64,000 nt of DNA from Candidatus Poribacteria bacterium. Its GTDB lineage: Bacteria > Poribacteria > WGA-4E > WGA-3G. The position numbers and the translations under genes are program-made. The stretch lies in contig OZ242029.1 in assembly GCA_965205015.1 (NCBI GenBank), positions 416,001-480,000 of the forward strand. The letters are read 5' to 3'. Each line of letters starts with the position of its first letter. Within the stretch, counting starts at the first letter, position 1. The notes beneath the pieces were generated by a model that saw nothing but the letters and a program-made list of their open reading frames with translations, had not been told where the DNA came from and did not search any database. Below are positions 19,896 to 29,603 of the stretch, one piece after another.

Positions 19896-21179
19896 TTGGA
19901 GAGCAGCAAATCCTTAGCCGCATGGCAGAAATCACAACACGTCATCCCCGGCGGGGTTAACAGCCCCGTCCGAAATTTCAGCAAAGTCGAAGGGCATCCC
20001 CGTTTCATCGAACGTGGCGAAGGCTCGAAAATCTACGACATCGATGGCAACGAATACATTGATTATGTCGCCTCCTGGGGTCCCTTGGTTTTGGGACATG
20101 CGCATCCGAGCGTCATAGAGGCTATCCATTCAGTGGCGGCGAACGGCACGAGTTTCGGCGCGCCGACGACGCGGGAGACAGTGCTCGCTGAAATTATTGT
20201 CAACGCCGTCCCCTCAATTGAACAGGTGCGACTCGTCAATTCGGGCACCGAGGCAACCATGAGCGCAATCCGTGTCGCTCGCGGGTATACCGGTCGTGAT
20301 AAAATCCTTAAGATCGACAGTTGCTACCACGGGCACGTAGACTATCTATTAGCGAAAGCCGGCTCCGGGGTCGCAACCTTCGGACTTTCAGATAGCGGCG
20401 GTGTTCCCGAAGACTTCGCACGGAACACACTCACAGTCCCTTTCAATAATCCTGACGCTGTCCGTGAAGCGATAGAAGCCAATCCAGACGAAATCGCCTG
20501 TCTCATTCTCGAACCGATTATGGGCAATATGGGCATCATCCCGCCGCGTGAAGGCTATCTCAATCAACTCCGTGAGATCACTGAAGAACACGGTATCGTG
20601 CTTATCTTTGACGAAGTTATCACCGGCTTCCGAGTCGCTTACGGCGGTGCGCAATCCTACTATAACGTTACACCCGACATGACCTGTCTCGGAAAAATTA
20701 TCGGTGGCGGGTTGCCCGTTGGAGCATACGGCGGAAAACGGGACATCATGCGATGTGTCGCACCGGAAGGCGATGTCTATCAGGCGGGAACCCTGTCGGG
20801 CAATCCGTTAGCCGTTACCGCAGGTATAGCGACGTTGAAGAAACTCGCTGAACCAGGGGTTTATGAGCACCTCGAAAACAGTGCCGCTGCCCTTGCGGAA
20901 GGTCTCGCCGCGGCGACTCAAAAACATGGGATCGACGCATGGCACAGTCGGGTCGGTTCGATGCTGATGCTCTATTTCACATCGGAAACTGTCACCGATG
21001 CCGATGGGGCACGCACAGCCGATACAGAACGCTTTCAACATTACTTCTGGGGACTTTTGGAGCGCGGGGTCTATGTCGCGCCCTCCCAATTCGAGGCAGG
21101 ATTTGTCTCCTTAGTCCACTCTGAAGAGGACATCAACAACACCATTGAAGCCGCAACACAGGCATTAGCGAATCTCTAA
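19896..21179 (+). CDS. hemL: glutamate-1-semialdehyde 2,1-aminomutase
   Basis: [50 protein letters not shown]. Confidence 0.97.
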   Translation: MESSKSLAAWQKSQHVIPGGVNSPVRNFSKVEGHPRFIERGEGSKIYDIDGNEYIDYVASWGPLVLGHAHPSVIEAIHSVAANGTSFGAPTTRETVLAEIIVNAVPSIEQVRLVNSGTEATMSAIRVARGYTGRDKILKIDSCYHGHVDYLLAKAGSGVATFGLSDSGGVPEDFARNTLTVPFNNPDAVREAIEANPDEIACLILEPIMGNMGIIPPREGYLNQLREITEEHGIVLIFDEVITGFRVAYGGAQSYYNVTPDMTCLGKIIGGGLPVGAYGGKRDIMRCVAPEGDVYQAGTLSGNPLAVTAGIATLKKLAEPGVYEHLENSAAALAEGLAAATQKHGIDAWHSRVGSMLMLYFTSETVTDADGARTADTERFQHYFWGLLERGVYVAPSQFEAGFVSLVHSEEDINNTIEAATQALANL

Positions 21180-21188
21180 ACGGAAAAT

Positions 21189-21292
21189 AAGGGAAGGGCA
21201 GCCACAAGGGCTGCCCCTACATTATGTCCAACCTTGATCAAAGGGAAGGGCAGCCACAAGGGCTGCCCCTACATTATGTCCAATTTCGATCA
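21189..21292 (+). repeat. 52-bp tandem duplication containing a GTAG-type REP palindrome and the start codon of the next gene
   Basis: 21189-21240 and 21241-21292 differ at 3 positions; palindrome GGGCAGCC-ACAAG-GGCTGCCC-CTAC. Confidence 0.85.
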
Positions 21293-22259
21293 AATTGTTG
21301 AATTAATTGCTGACGACCTCAGTGCCGTTGAGGCGAAACTCACCGAACATACCGCTAGCGAATACACGTTCGTTGACATGGCGGTTCAACACGTTGTGGA
21401 GGGCGGCGGTAAACGGCTCCGCCCGATTCTCGTCGTGCTTTCCGCCAAAGTCTGCGGCTACGAAGGAAGCGATGCACACACCCTTGCCGCTGTTGTTGAA
21501 CTTATCCACGTCGCCTCGCTCGTTCACGACGATGTCCTCGACGAAGCCGCCATCCGCCGTGGACGTGAGACGTTACAGACGAAATGGGGCAACAAAGTCG
21601 CTGTCCTCGTCGGAGATTACTTACACGCACGAGTGCTTTCGATGCTCGTATCTCGTCGTGCGGATGATCCGGCGATGGCGATCCTCGCTGATACCACACA
21701 AGCGATGTGTGAAGGTGAGGTGATACACGCATATAAAAGCGGCGATTTCGACATCTCCGAAGCCGAATACCTCAAAATCATCAGTTTCAAAACCGGCAAA
21801 TTAATCGCGGCGTCCTGCACCCTCGGCGCACATCTCGGAAACCCAACAGACACACAGCAGATTGAGGCACTCACAACCTACGGACAACAGATCGGAACCG
21901 CTTTCCAAATTGTAGACGATTTGCTCGATTTCACAGAAGATTCCGACACATTGGGGAAAGACGCGTTTGGCGACCTCCGCGAAGGAAAACTCACCTTCCC
22001 CATCATCTATGCCCGAACCGTCTGCAATAACGATGAAAAACAGACGCTTGAAAAAGTGCTAAAACCCGACACCAATGAAACGGAAGCGATCGCCTTTGTC
22101 GAGGCTCTGTTCCAACGTTATGGCGTTGAAACCCACTGTTTGAAGGTCGCCCAAGGTTACGCCGAGCGCGCCAAAGCCGCATTGGCACCCTTACCCGAAA
22201 CCCCCGCGCGCATCGCCTTGGAACACCTCGCAGATTACGTCGTCTCCCGCGAGTCATAA
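21276..22259 (+). CDS. polyprenyl diphosphate synthase (IspB/HepT-like)
   Basis: GGKRLRP, LVHDDVLD, FQIVDDLLD, KTG, DLREGK. Confidence 0.93.
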   Translation: MSNFDQIVELIADDLSAVEAKLTEHTASEYTFVDMAVQHVVEGGGKRLRPILVVLSAKVCGYEGSDAHTLAAVVELIHVASLVHDDVLDEAAIRRGRETLQTKWGNKVAVLVGDYLHARVLSMLVSRRADDPAMAILADTTQAMCEGEVIHAYKSGDFDISEAEYLKIISFKTGKLIAASCTLGAHLGNPTDTQQIEALTTYGQQIGTAFQIVDDLLDFTEDSDTLGKDAFGDLREGKLTFPIIYARTVCNNDEKQTLEKVLKPDTNETEAIAFVEALFQRYGVETHCLKVAQGYAERAKAALAPLPETPARIALEHLADYVVSRES

Positions 22260-22506
22260 AAACAGTTGTCAGTTAATATGTCGCTGTGCGTTGTAGCACA
22301 AACTTTATGGAGTTTCAGAATTTAATTCGGTAGTGTAGGATGGTAATTGCCTGAAGCAGGATTAACAGGATTAAAGAATCTTCAGGATTGGATGTCCGCC
22401 TTGACGGGAACTGTCCGCATAGAATTACCCAATTATTTATTTCCTCTACGCCCGGCAGATGCGGTTTGTCATCACACCATAGGTGTCAATTTAAGAAAAA
22501 TACTAT

Positions 22507-22750
22507 CGTAGGTTGGGTTGAACGGTTACCACCAAACTCGCAGAAATCATAAAAATGCGACATTTTCTCCTGATACATCATATCAGATAAACAGCGAGTG
22601 AAACCCAACACTTTCGCTTTGATGTTCCCGGGGTTCTGTGGGTGTAAAGTTGGGTTTCACTCTGTTCTTGAATATGTTGCGGGATACTGACTTTAGATGG
22701 GTCTGGCATATTAATGCCCACCCTCTCAACGCCGTTCAACCCAACCTACG
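22507..22750. repeat. REPIN/MITE-like nested inverted repeat
   Basis: perfect 19-bp outer IR CGTAGGTTGGGTTGAACGG / CCGTTCAACCCAACCTACG; inner IR AGTGAAACCCAAC (22597-22609) / GTTGGGTTTCACT (22649-22661). Confidence 0.85.
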
Positions 22751-22780
22751 GGTCAAATTGACTCTTAGCGGGCGGAATCA

Positions 22781-22837
22781 GGCACAAACTCACAGTTTAT
22801 GCTACAACAACTCTCACAAACTCACAGTTTGTGCTAC
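22781..22837 (-). repeat. two tandem GTAG-type REP palindromes (family also at 31712-31768 and 35414-35437)
   Basis: consensus GTAGCACAAACTGT[TG]AGTTTGTG. Confidence 0.75.
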
Positions 22838-22883
22838 AAAGAGGCAACTCGCATCATAAATCGACGCATCAGGAGCATCCCTT

Positions 22884-24026
22884 ATGAAATTGCTAAGTAA
22901 AAATTTGCTGCTGACGATGGTTTTCGGAGGTTACTTGTTCTGGAACTTGCCATCCACAACACAGGGATTCATCGCGAGGGCTGGCATATTTAACATGCTG
23001 GTGCAAAAAGTGCATGAACCCCAGTGGCGAATCGGCTATAATTTCATCTTTGGCTGTGCTGCCGCCTTCGAGGTAAAGGGAGAAGACAAACTAAAAGCAG
23101 CAATCACCAAGACCCTGCAGGTTTGGATGCAGCCGTTGCGGGAGCGGTACCCGAACAAGGTATTTACCGATGATTTTATCTTCGTGCGGATGCCGGATAT
23201 GAAAGAACGCTTTGATAACAGGGAGGCACGAGAACAGGTGGACCTGCGTATCACCTTCGATTGTAAACCGGCGGTGGTGGGTGGTACTGGTGTCCTCGTT
23301 TCAAGTATAGTGTCTCCAGATGTATATATGCGAGAGGGGACTGACCTTGATAATAACCGTTTTCTCAGCGTTTTTGCCCACGAGTTAGGGCATGCTTTCG
23401 GACTGGCGGATACCTACGTTCGCGGCAATCGGGTGAGCACAGGGGGGTTGACCAAGACCGAAGGCAAGCAACCGTCATCACTCATGGCAGATGCTCATGG
23501 AGTTTTTCGACTGCGTCAGTTCGCTTACCTCAGGGAAGATGACAAAAACGGCATCATCTATCTCTACAAGTACTATCACGAGGACCACCCCGCAGGTGAT
23601 TGTTTTTTCCCTGATTACGTTTCCGTAGAGGCTCGACTTAAGACCCATCAAGCTTGCGAGCCGCGTTACCCGTTAATTTTTGAGGCAAAGCACGGGACCT
23701 CTAAAACTGTGGAGCAGATACTGAAAGATGATCCAACGCTTGATATAAACGCACGGGATGCCAGCGGGTTTACGGCACTGCATCATGCCGTGCAGCAAGG
23801 AAGTGTCGAGAAGGTGAAGGCATTGTTGGCGAAAACGGGCATCAAAGTCAACCTCCTCAACACACACAAGCGTACACCCGCACAACTCGCACGCATCCTC
23901 AAACAGACCCAGATTGCAAAGATGATCGAGGCGCATCCGAGCAGCAAGCACCCCTCGATCGCATGGGACGTAGCACCCAAAGGCAAATTGACGACGACTT
24001 GGGGACACCTCAAAAAGAAATACTGA
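22884..24026 (+). CDS. secreted zinc metalloprotease with ankyrin repeats and TWG tail
   Basis: signal-like N-terminus; HELGHAFGLAD zinc motif with downstream SLM Met-turn; ankyrin DINARDASGFTALHHA and RTPAQLA; ends DVAPKGKLTTTWGHLKKKY. Confidence 0.85.
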   Translation: MKLLSKNLLLTMVFGGYLFWNLPSTTQGFIARAGIFNMLVQKVHEPQWRIGYNFIFGCAAAFEVKGEDKLKAAITKTLQVWMQPLRERYPNKVFTDDFIFVRMPDMKERFDNREAREQVDLRITFDCKPAVVGGTGVLVSSIVSPDVYMREGTDLDNNRFLSVFAHELGHAFGLADTYVRGNRVSTGGLTKTEGKQPSSLMADAHGVFRLRQFAYLREDDKNGIIYLYKYYHEDHPAGDCFFPDYVSVEARLKTHQACEPRYPLIFEAKHGTSKTVEQILKDDPTLDINARDASGFTALHHAVQQGSVEKVKALLAKTGIKVNLLNTHKRTPAQLARILKQTQIAKMIEAHPSSKHPSIAWDVAPKGKLTTTWGHLKKKY

Positions 24027-24037
24027 AAACTAATAAA

Positions 24038-25213
24038 ATGTTTTATCCTGCACATATCAACCTTCAAGATCGGAAATGCCTTGTTGTTGGTGGCGGGACC
24101 GTCGCCGAGCGGAAAGTCGTCGCCATGCTCGTCAGCGGTGGCGATGTCACCGTAATTAGTCCCGATGCCACGGAATTGTTGACGTTCCTCGCAAATATCG
24201 GTACAATTCGCTGGCACAAGCGGCAGTCGAAGGCAGGCGATACAGATGGCTATTTCCTCGTCTGTGCTGCCACTGATTTCACGGATATTAACACTGCTGT
24301 CTTCACAGAAGCACACGAGAAAAACAAGATACGTTTAGTTAATGTCGTTGATGTCATCCCACAATGCACCTTTGCCGCTGCCTCTGTCGTAACCGATGGT
24401 GAGATCATGTTGAGTATCTCGACAAGCGGTAAAAGCCCCGCGACGAGCCGTCGGATCCGTGAATATTTTGAGAAAGTCTTGAACGCCACTTCGCTATACA
24501 CACTCGGATACGAAAATGGCGAACCCGTACCGATTGAGAATCAAGGACTTCCTTACCCGGTTTATCTCCTGTTGGAGAATCGTCCGTGCGTTGTCCTATA
24601 TGAGCAAAAAACGCCTGAGATTGAACGTCGCATCTCCCTGCTAAACCAGTGCGGTGCCTCTGTGTTATGTATGACGCCCAATGCGGCGAAACCGTATCAC
24701 CTTGAAGACGTATTCCTCATCATTGCAGACAAGGTGTCTGTTGCAGACGTGCCCTGCGGAGATACAGGAGCATTCATTGCGGAATACCTTGATGAATCGG
24801 ATACTGGCACCCACTTCACTCCCGAACTCATCATAGACGACAATCTGATAATTAGCGTATCGGCGCGAAACAGCACAGGTATTGACAAGGCGAAACGTCT
24901 ACATACAAAACTCACGAACCAGTTTGAAAACAACGGCTACGGGGCATTCATTGAATTCCTCGGAACGCGTCGCTCAGAGATCCTCAAGGCGTTCCCGACG
25001 CCTAAAAAGCGTGCCGACTTCTTTGACACGCTCATCGACACTGTCGAAGATGAGGTATCGGGGTTACAAACCCCTCCTACAACATGCTGTCTCGGTCTCA
25101 CAAACCCTGAATGCTCCGCCGAATGCCTCTTCAACTGGGTTCGGCACGGTAAGTTGGAACGCGCCAACGCCTTTACCTCCAAACGACTTGACAAAGCAGA
25201 CGAGGGTTGCTAA
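24038..25213 (+). CDS. precorrin-2 dehydrogenase/sirohydrochlorin ferrochelatase (SirC/CysG-B) with internal tandem duplication
   Basis: YPAHINLQDRKCLVVGGGTVAERK, LVNVVD, ISTSGKSP; second degenerate copy begins YPVYLLLENRPCVV. Confidence 0.85.
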   Translation: MFYPAHINLQDRKCLVVGGGTVAERKVVAMLVSGGDVTVISPDATELLTFLANIGTIRWHKRQSKAGDTDGYFLVCAATDFTDINTAVFTEAHEKNKIRLVNVVDVIPQCTFAAASVVTDGEIMLSISTSGKSPATSRRIREYFEKVLNATSLYTLGYENGEPVPIENQGLPYPVYLLLENRPCVVLYEQKTPEIERRISLLNQCGASVLCMTPNAAKPYHLEDVFLIIADKVSVADVPCGDTGAFIAEYLDESDTGTHFTPELIIDDNLIISVSARNSTGIDKAKRLHTKLTNQFENNGYGAFIEFLGTRRSEILKAFPTPKKRADFFDTLIDTVEDEVSGLQTPPTTCCLGLTNPECSAECLFNWVRHGKLERANAFTSKRLDKADEGC

Positions 25214-25334
25214 AATTGCAGGGAAATAAAAATAATGTACCCTTTTTCAAGACCTCCAAGACAATTGAGAATTGCTTTAACGATCTCACGCGGATAAGAG
25301 ACATGCCTGCCTTGATACGCAAAGGAAGAAAATC

Positions 25335-26156
25335 ATGAAGACGCTACATGATTTTGAATTGAAGCAAAGAAAATATATGCCTGTCTTTCCAAAAGCGATC
25401 GGAAAACCGACCGTTTACATCGAAGGCTACCCTTCCGAGGACGAAAACCCCATGCCAGCAGGTGAATTTCACGGGATGCAGATGCAGAGCTTATTTGACC
25501 AGTTTTTACGATATTTTCAGGCACACCCTTATGTCCATGTCAGTATGGACAATTTTATCTATTATCGCGAAGGCGATATCAGAAAGGTCGTTGGTCCCGA
25601 TGTGTATGTCGTCTTGGGTGCCGCGAAACTTCCCTTGCGAAGGAGTTTTTACACCTGGGCAGAAGGGACCGTCCCTACAGCAGTTTTTGAGTTTCTTTCA
25701 GATACAACAGCGTCTGAGGATCGGCATGAAAAAGTTGAAGTGTATCTACGGGATATAGGAGTTGCGGAGTATTTCATTCATCAACCCGATATGAATCGCC
25801 CGATAGAATTTCGAGGGTGGCGGCGGGATGCATTGGACAACATCGTTGAGATTGAACCGGAGGCGGATGGCGGCATCTTCAGTGCGTCGTTAAATCTCTA
25901 TTTTCGGTGGGAACTCCATGAGGCGTGGGAGCTGCGGCTTTTACGCCCATATCTCCCTGATGGCACGCCGATTACGACTTCTATGGAAGAACATCACCTC
26001 CGGATAGAAGCAGAAGAACTGGCAGCTGTGGAAACGGAACGACGGCAGGCAGCAGAAAGGCTCGCCAGAGAAGAAGCCGAACGACGGCAGACAATAGAAA
26101 CCGAGTTAGAACGCCTCCGGGCGCAACTCGCCAACAGCGAAAATAAAAGCGAATGA
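25335..26156 (+). CDS. Uma2 (DUF820) family PD-(D/E)xK endonuclease with coiled-coil tail
   Basis: VGPDVYVV, VFEFLS, EK..Y...GVAEYFI; acidic/basic helical C-terminus. Confidence 0.85.
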   Translation: MKTLHDFELKQRKYMPVFPKAIGKPTVYIEGYPSEDENPMPAGEFHGMQMQSLFDQFLRYFQAHPYVHVSMDNFIYYREGDIRKVVGPDVYVVLGAAKLPLRRSFYTWAEGTVPTAVFEFLSDTTASEDRHEKVEVYLRDIGVAEYFIHQPDMNRPIEFRGWRRDALDNIVEIEPEADGGIFSASLNLYFRWELHEAWELRLLRPYLPDGTPITTSMEEHHLRIEAEELAAVETERRQAAERLAREEAERRQTIETELERLRAQLANSENKSE

Positions 26157-26190
26157 ACACACATAACGGAGAGGCATATCCCCTTACTCT

Positions 26191-27063
26191 GTGCCCTTCG
26201 TGTCTCGAAAAGCACAGCGCATGATAAATTTTCTATTCCTCATTACCCTTTTAATATACTTAGCAGCAGGCATCTTCCAGACCCTCTCGCTGGCGATTGG
26301 GGCTCGGACCGAAGCATTGGTGATTCGCCCAACAATTGAGCGCATCGCCTTTTGGTGTACCATCATCGGCTTCGCTTTTTTGACCGTTTTTATCGCGCTC
26401 TGGTGGCTCCAGCAGGGGCATTTTCCAATGACCCACTGGACGGACTCTACTGCCTTCTTTTCATGGGCAATCACGCTGATTTATCTCATCATCGTGCGGC
26501 TGACACATCTCCGCACCCTCGGGAGCTTCGTGATGCCGGTTGCGTTTATTGCTATACTCATCTCATATAGTTTCGCCACGCACACGGCTGCGCTCCCAGA
26601 ACCGTTGCAAAATTACTGGCTTCTGGCACACACGACACTCATCTTTCTCGCCTACGCCGCGTTCATTGCTGCCTTCGGGTTCGGACTGATGTATCTCATA
26701 GCAGAACGGAAAATCCGCAGAAAGACGGACACCCTTTTTGATAACCTTCTTCCGTCTCTTGGTACTTCCGATGTCCTCGGGTATCGTTGCGCCATTTTGG
26801 GTGTCATTCTACTGACAATGGGCGTCATTGTCGGGAGCCTCTGGACCCAATATATCCGAGATGTGCCGTGGAGATGGCTTGATGCAAAGGTAATCTCCAC
26901 CTTGGTGACGTGGTTTATCTATATCGCCCAAATCGGTATCCGCCAATTTTGGGGGTGGCACGGACGCAGAGCGGCGTATGCCGCAATCATCGGTCTCGTT
27001 GCTGTCCTCTGCACCTATGTCGGCGTGGATCTTTTCGTAGACAGCATGCATACATACCGCTAA
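26191..27063 (+). CDS. ccsA: cytochrome c assembly protein (CcsA/HemX-like)
   Basis: multiple TM helices, WLLAH, LPSL..D, GSLW..W.W.DAK tryptophan-rich motif, GWHGRR, C-terminal H. Confidence 0.85.
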   Translation: MPFVSRKAQRMINFLFLITLLIYLAAGIFQTLSLAIGARTEALVIRPTIERIAFWCTIIGFAFLTVFIALWWLQQGHFPMTHWTDSTAFFSWAITLIYLIIVRLTHLRTLGSFVMPVAFIAILISYSFATHTAALPEPLQNYWLLAHTTLIFLAYAAFIAAFGFGLMYLIAERKIRRKTDTLFDNLLPSLGTSDVLGYRCAILGVILLTMGVIVGSLWTQYIRDVPWRWLDAKVISTLVTWFIYIAQIGIRQFWGWHGRRAAYAAIIGLVAVLCTYVGVDLFVDSMHTYR

Positions 27064-27070
27064 GGGGGTT

Positions 27071-27134
27071 GTAGTCGTGCGATTCATCGCACGTCCTACC
27101 CATGTGTATAATGGGCAATCAATGGTGCCCCTAC
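27071..27134. repeat. REP doublet-like element
   Basis: GTAG-T-CGTGCGAT-TC-ATCGCACG at the left, closing with GCCCCTAC. Confidence 0.5.
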
Positions 27135-27163
27135 GACGAACCATCCGAATCGAAACTCTAAAT

Positions 27164-27192
27164 TTGACACAACCCCCGATATGTGATATAAT
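27164..27192 (+). promoter_or_regulatory. sigma70 promoter for hemA-hemC
   Basis: TTGACA-N17-TATAAT with extended TG. Confidence 0.85.
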
Positions 27193-27245
27193 TTAGCAAA
27201 CGTATGAAGGATTTTTCACGTTTTTAGATTTTTTTGGTAACAGGA

Positions 27246-28544
27246 ATGAACCAACTCGTCTCTATCGGAACCAGCCACCACGTCGCGCCCATTGAATTCA
27301 GAGAAAGGTTGGCGTTTTCCGAAGCACAACTCATTGAATCCCATCAGCACCTGCGTGAATCCGATCAGGTCCAAGAGGCGGTGATCCTCTCCACCTGTAA
27401 TCGAGTAGAGGTCTATGCAGTCCTAAATTCAGTGCGGACTGCCGAAGCCGCCGCCAAGGTGTTGGCTGAATTTCTCTCCCGATGCCATCGGATTGATATG
27501 GCATCACTGAAGAAATGGACGTACCTCCACCATAACTTGGAGACGATCCAGCATCTCTTCAGAGTGACATCCAGTCTCGATTCCATGGTCGTCGGCGAGT
27601 CCCAAATACTCGGTCAAGTCAAAGATGGCTACGACGCCTCACGTTCAGCGGGTAGCACAGGGACTATTCTCAATCGTCTTTTCACCAAAGCCTTCAGCGT
27701 TGGTAAACGCATCCGATCCGAAACGACAATCACCACCGGTGCCGTCTCTATTAGTTACGCCGCCGTTGAACTCGCCAAAAAGATTTTCAATACACTCGAA
27801 GGCAAAACCGTCGCGATTATCGGGGCGGGAGAGATGAGCGAACTCACGGCAAAGCACCTCGTTGCAAACGGGGTCTCCAACGTGATTGTCGCAAATCGCA
27901 CATACGAACGGGCAGTCAAAATCGCAGAGAAGTTTAAGGGAACCCCTCTCACCTACGATAGCGATCTCAATTTCCTCATTGATGCCGATATTGTCATTAG
28001 TTCCACCAACGCTCCCGATTATCTCATCAAGCGACAGCCGCTTGCCGACATCATGCGGAAACGGAAACACCGATACATGTTCCTCATTGACATCGCTGTG
28101 CCACGCGACATTGCGCCGGATGTGAACAAACTCGACGCAGCGTTCCTTTACAATATCGATGATCTGGAAACCGTTGTCGCTTCTAACCTCAAAGACCGGC
28201 AACAGGAAGCAGTCCTCGCTGAACAGATCGTCTCTGAAGAGGCGAAACGGTTCTACGACCAATTGCAAATCTTTCAAGTCAATCCTACGATTAAAGCATT
28301 GCACCAGCAGTTTCGACAGATAGCCGACACCGAATTGCAAGCGTGTTTCTACAAAACATCACTCTCCGACCAGCAGGAGGAAGCCATCGCCTCCATGACG
28401 CAGGCAATCGTCAAGAAACTGCTCCATCATCCGATGCAGAACCTCCGAGGGGCTGTTAACGACGGCGATGCCGATCATGGGCAATATGTTCAGTCCCTAC
28501 AGGAATTGTTCGCCTTGGATGTTAATGATGAAAAGCCAGAATAG
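27246..28544 (+). CDS. hemA: glutamyl-tRNA reductase
   Basis: LSTCNRVE, SLDSMVVGESQILGQVK, IGAGEM, DIAVPRD. Confidence 0.97.
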   Translation: MNQLVSIGTSHHVAPIEFRERLAFSEAQLIESHQHLRESDQVQEAVILSTCNRVEVYAVLNSVRTAEAAAKVLAEFLSRCHRIDMASLKKWTYLHHNLETIQHLFRVTSSLDSMVVGESQILGQVKDGYDASRSAGSTGTILNRLFTKAFSVGKRIRSETTITTGAVSISYAAVELAKKIFNTLEGKTVAIIGAGEMSELTAKHLVANGVSNVIVANRTYERAVKIAEKFKGTPLTYDSDLNFLIDADIVISSTNAPDYLIKRQPLADIMRKRKHRYMFLIDIAVPRDIAPDVNKLDAAFLYNIDDLETVVASNLKDRQQEAVLAEQIVSEEAKRFYDQLQIFQVNPTIKALHQQFRQIADTELQACFYKTSLSDQQEEAIASMTQAIVKKLLHHPMQNLRGAVNDGDADHGQYVQSLQELFALDVNDEKPE

Positions 28545-28550
28545 CAATCA

Positions 28551-29603
28551 ATGGTCAGTAAAATGAAAATTAGAAGCGAAAACAAAGCCCGCAACAACGG
28601 CGCGGGCGACTCGTCGGGAAGGCACGTCAAACATGAAACCCACTCAATTGCTCCGCAAGGGAAAATTAAAAAACTTGTAATTGGTACACGCGGCAGTCAA
28701 CTTGCCCTTTGGCAGTCACAATTCGTCAAAAATCAATTGGAACGCCATTTCCCTACCTTGGAAATCTCCCTGAAGACCATCAAAACCACCGGCGATACAA
28801 TCCAAAACCGCTCGTTAGTTGGACTCGGCAAAGGTGTTTTCACCAAAGAGATAGAAAATGCCCTCTTAACCGGCGGCATCGACCTCGCTGTCCACAGTTT
28901 GAAAGACCTCCCGACAGAATTGCCGGAGGGGCTTTGCATTGCCGCCATTCCGACGCGAGAAGACCCACGCGATGTCCTCGTCACAGATACAGGACTCCCT
29001 TTAGAAGACTTGTCGGAAGGGGCGAAGATCGGCACCACAAGTCCACGCCGAAAGGCGCAGCTCCTCTATATCCGCCCAGATCTGCGAGTCGTTGACGTGC
29101 GAGGCAACATCGATACACGGTTGCGCAAACTTCACGAGACCGACCTCGACGGAATCATCCTCGCCGCCGCGGGCATCAAACGCCTCCTCGAACCAGAAAT
29201 TATCACACAATATTTTGACACAGAACAGATGGTCCCGGCAGTCGGGCAGGGCGCGCTCGCGATTGAAATACGGGAAGGTGACGATAGGGTTGAACAGCTG
29301 CTTCTGCCGCTGAACGACCCCGCAGCAACGGTAGAAATCACAGCGGAAAGGACTGTATTGGAAAGCCTCGGCGGCGGATGCCAAGTGCCGATTGGCGCGC
29401 ATGCGAAACATGTCAACGGTGAACTCTCGCTCATCGGCGCGGTTTGTCATCCAGACGGCACGCGACGCATTGTGGCGCGCACCACGGGAACACCAGATAC
29501 AGCACAGCATTTGGGCGAAGGTGTTGCCGAAAAACTTCGGAACAGTGGCGCAACAGAATTGTTGAAGGAACAGGAGAACGATCAGTCAGTGACCCAAACC
29601 TAA
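28551..29603 (+). CDS. hemC: hydroxymethylbilane synthase with repeat-derived N-terminal extension; last 5 codons and stop come from an inserted element
   Basis: IGTRGSQLALWQ, AVHSLKDLP, GTTSPRR, RGNIDTRL, GGCQVPIG. Confidence 0.96.
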   Translation: MVSKMKIRSENKARNNGAGDSSGRHVKHETHSIAPQGKIKKLVIGTRGSQLALWQSQFVKNQLERHFPTLEISLKTIKTTGDTIQNRSLVGLGKGVFTKEIENALLTGGIDLAVHSLKDLPTELPEGLCIAAIPTREDPRDVLVTDTGLPLEDLSEGAKIGTTSPRRKAQLLYIRPDLRVVDVRGNIDTRLRKLHETDLDGIILAAAGIKRLLEPEIITQYFDTEQMVPAVGQGALAIEIREGDDRVEQLLLPLNDPAATVEITAERTVLESLGGGCQVPIGAHAKHVNGELSLIGAVCHPDGTRRIVARTTGTPDTAQHLGEGVAEKLRNSGATELLKEQENDQSVTQT

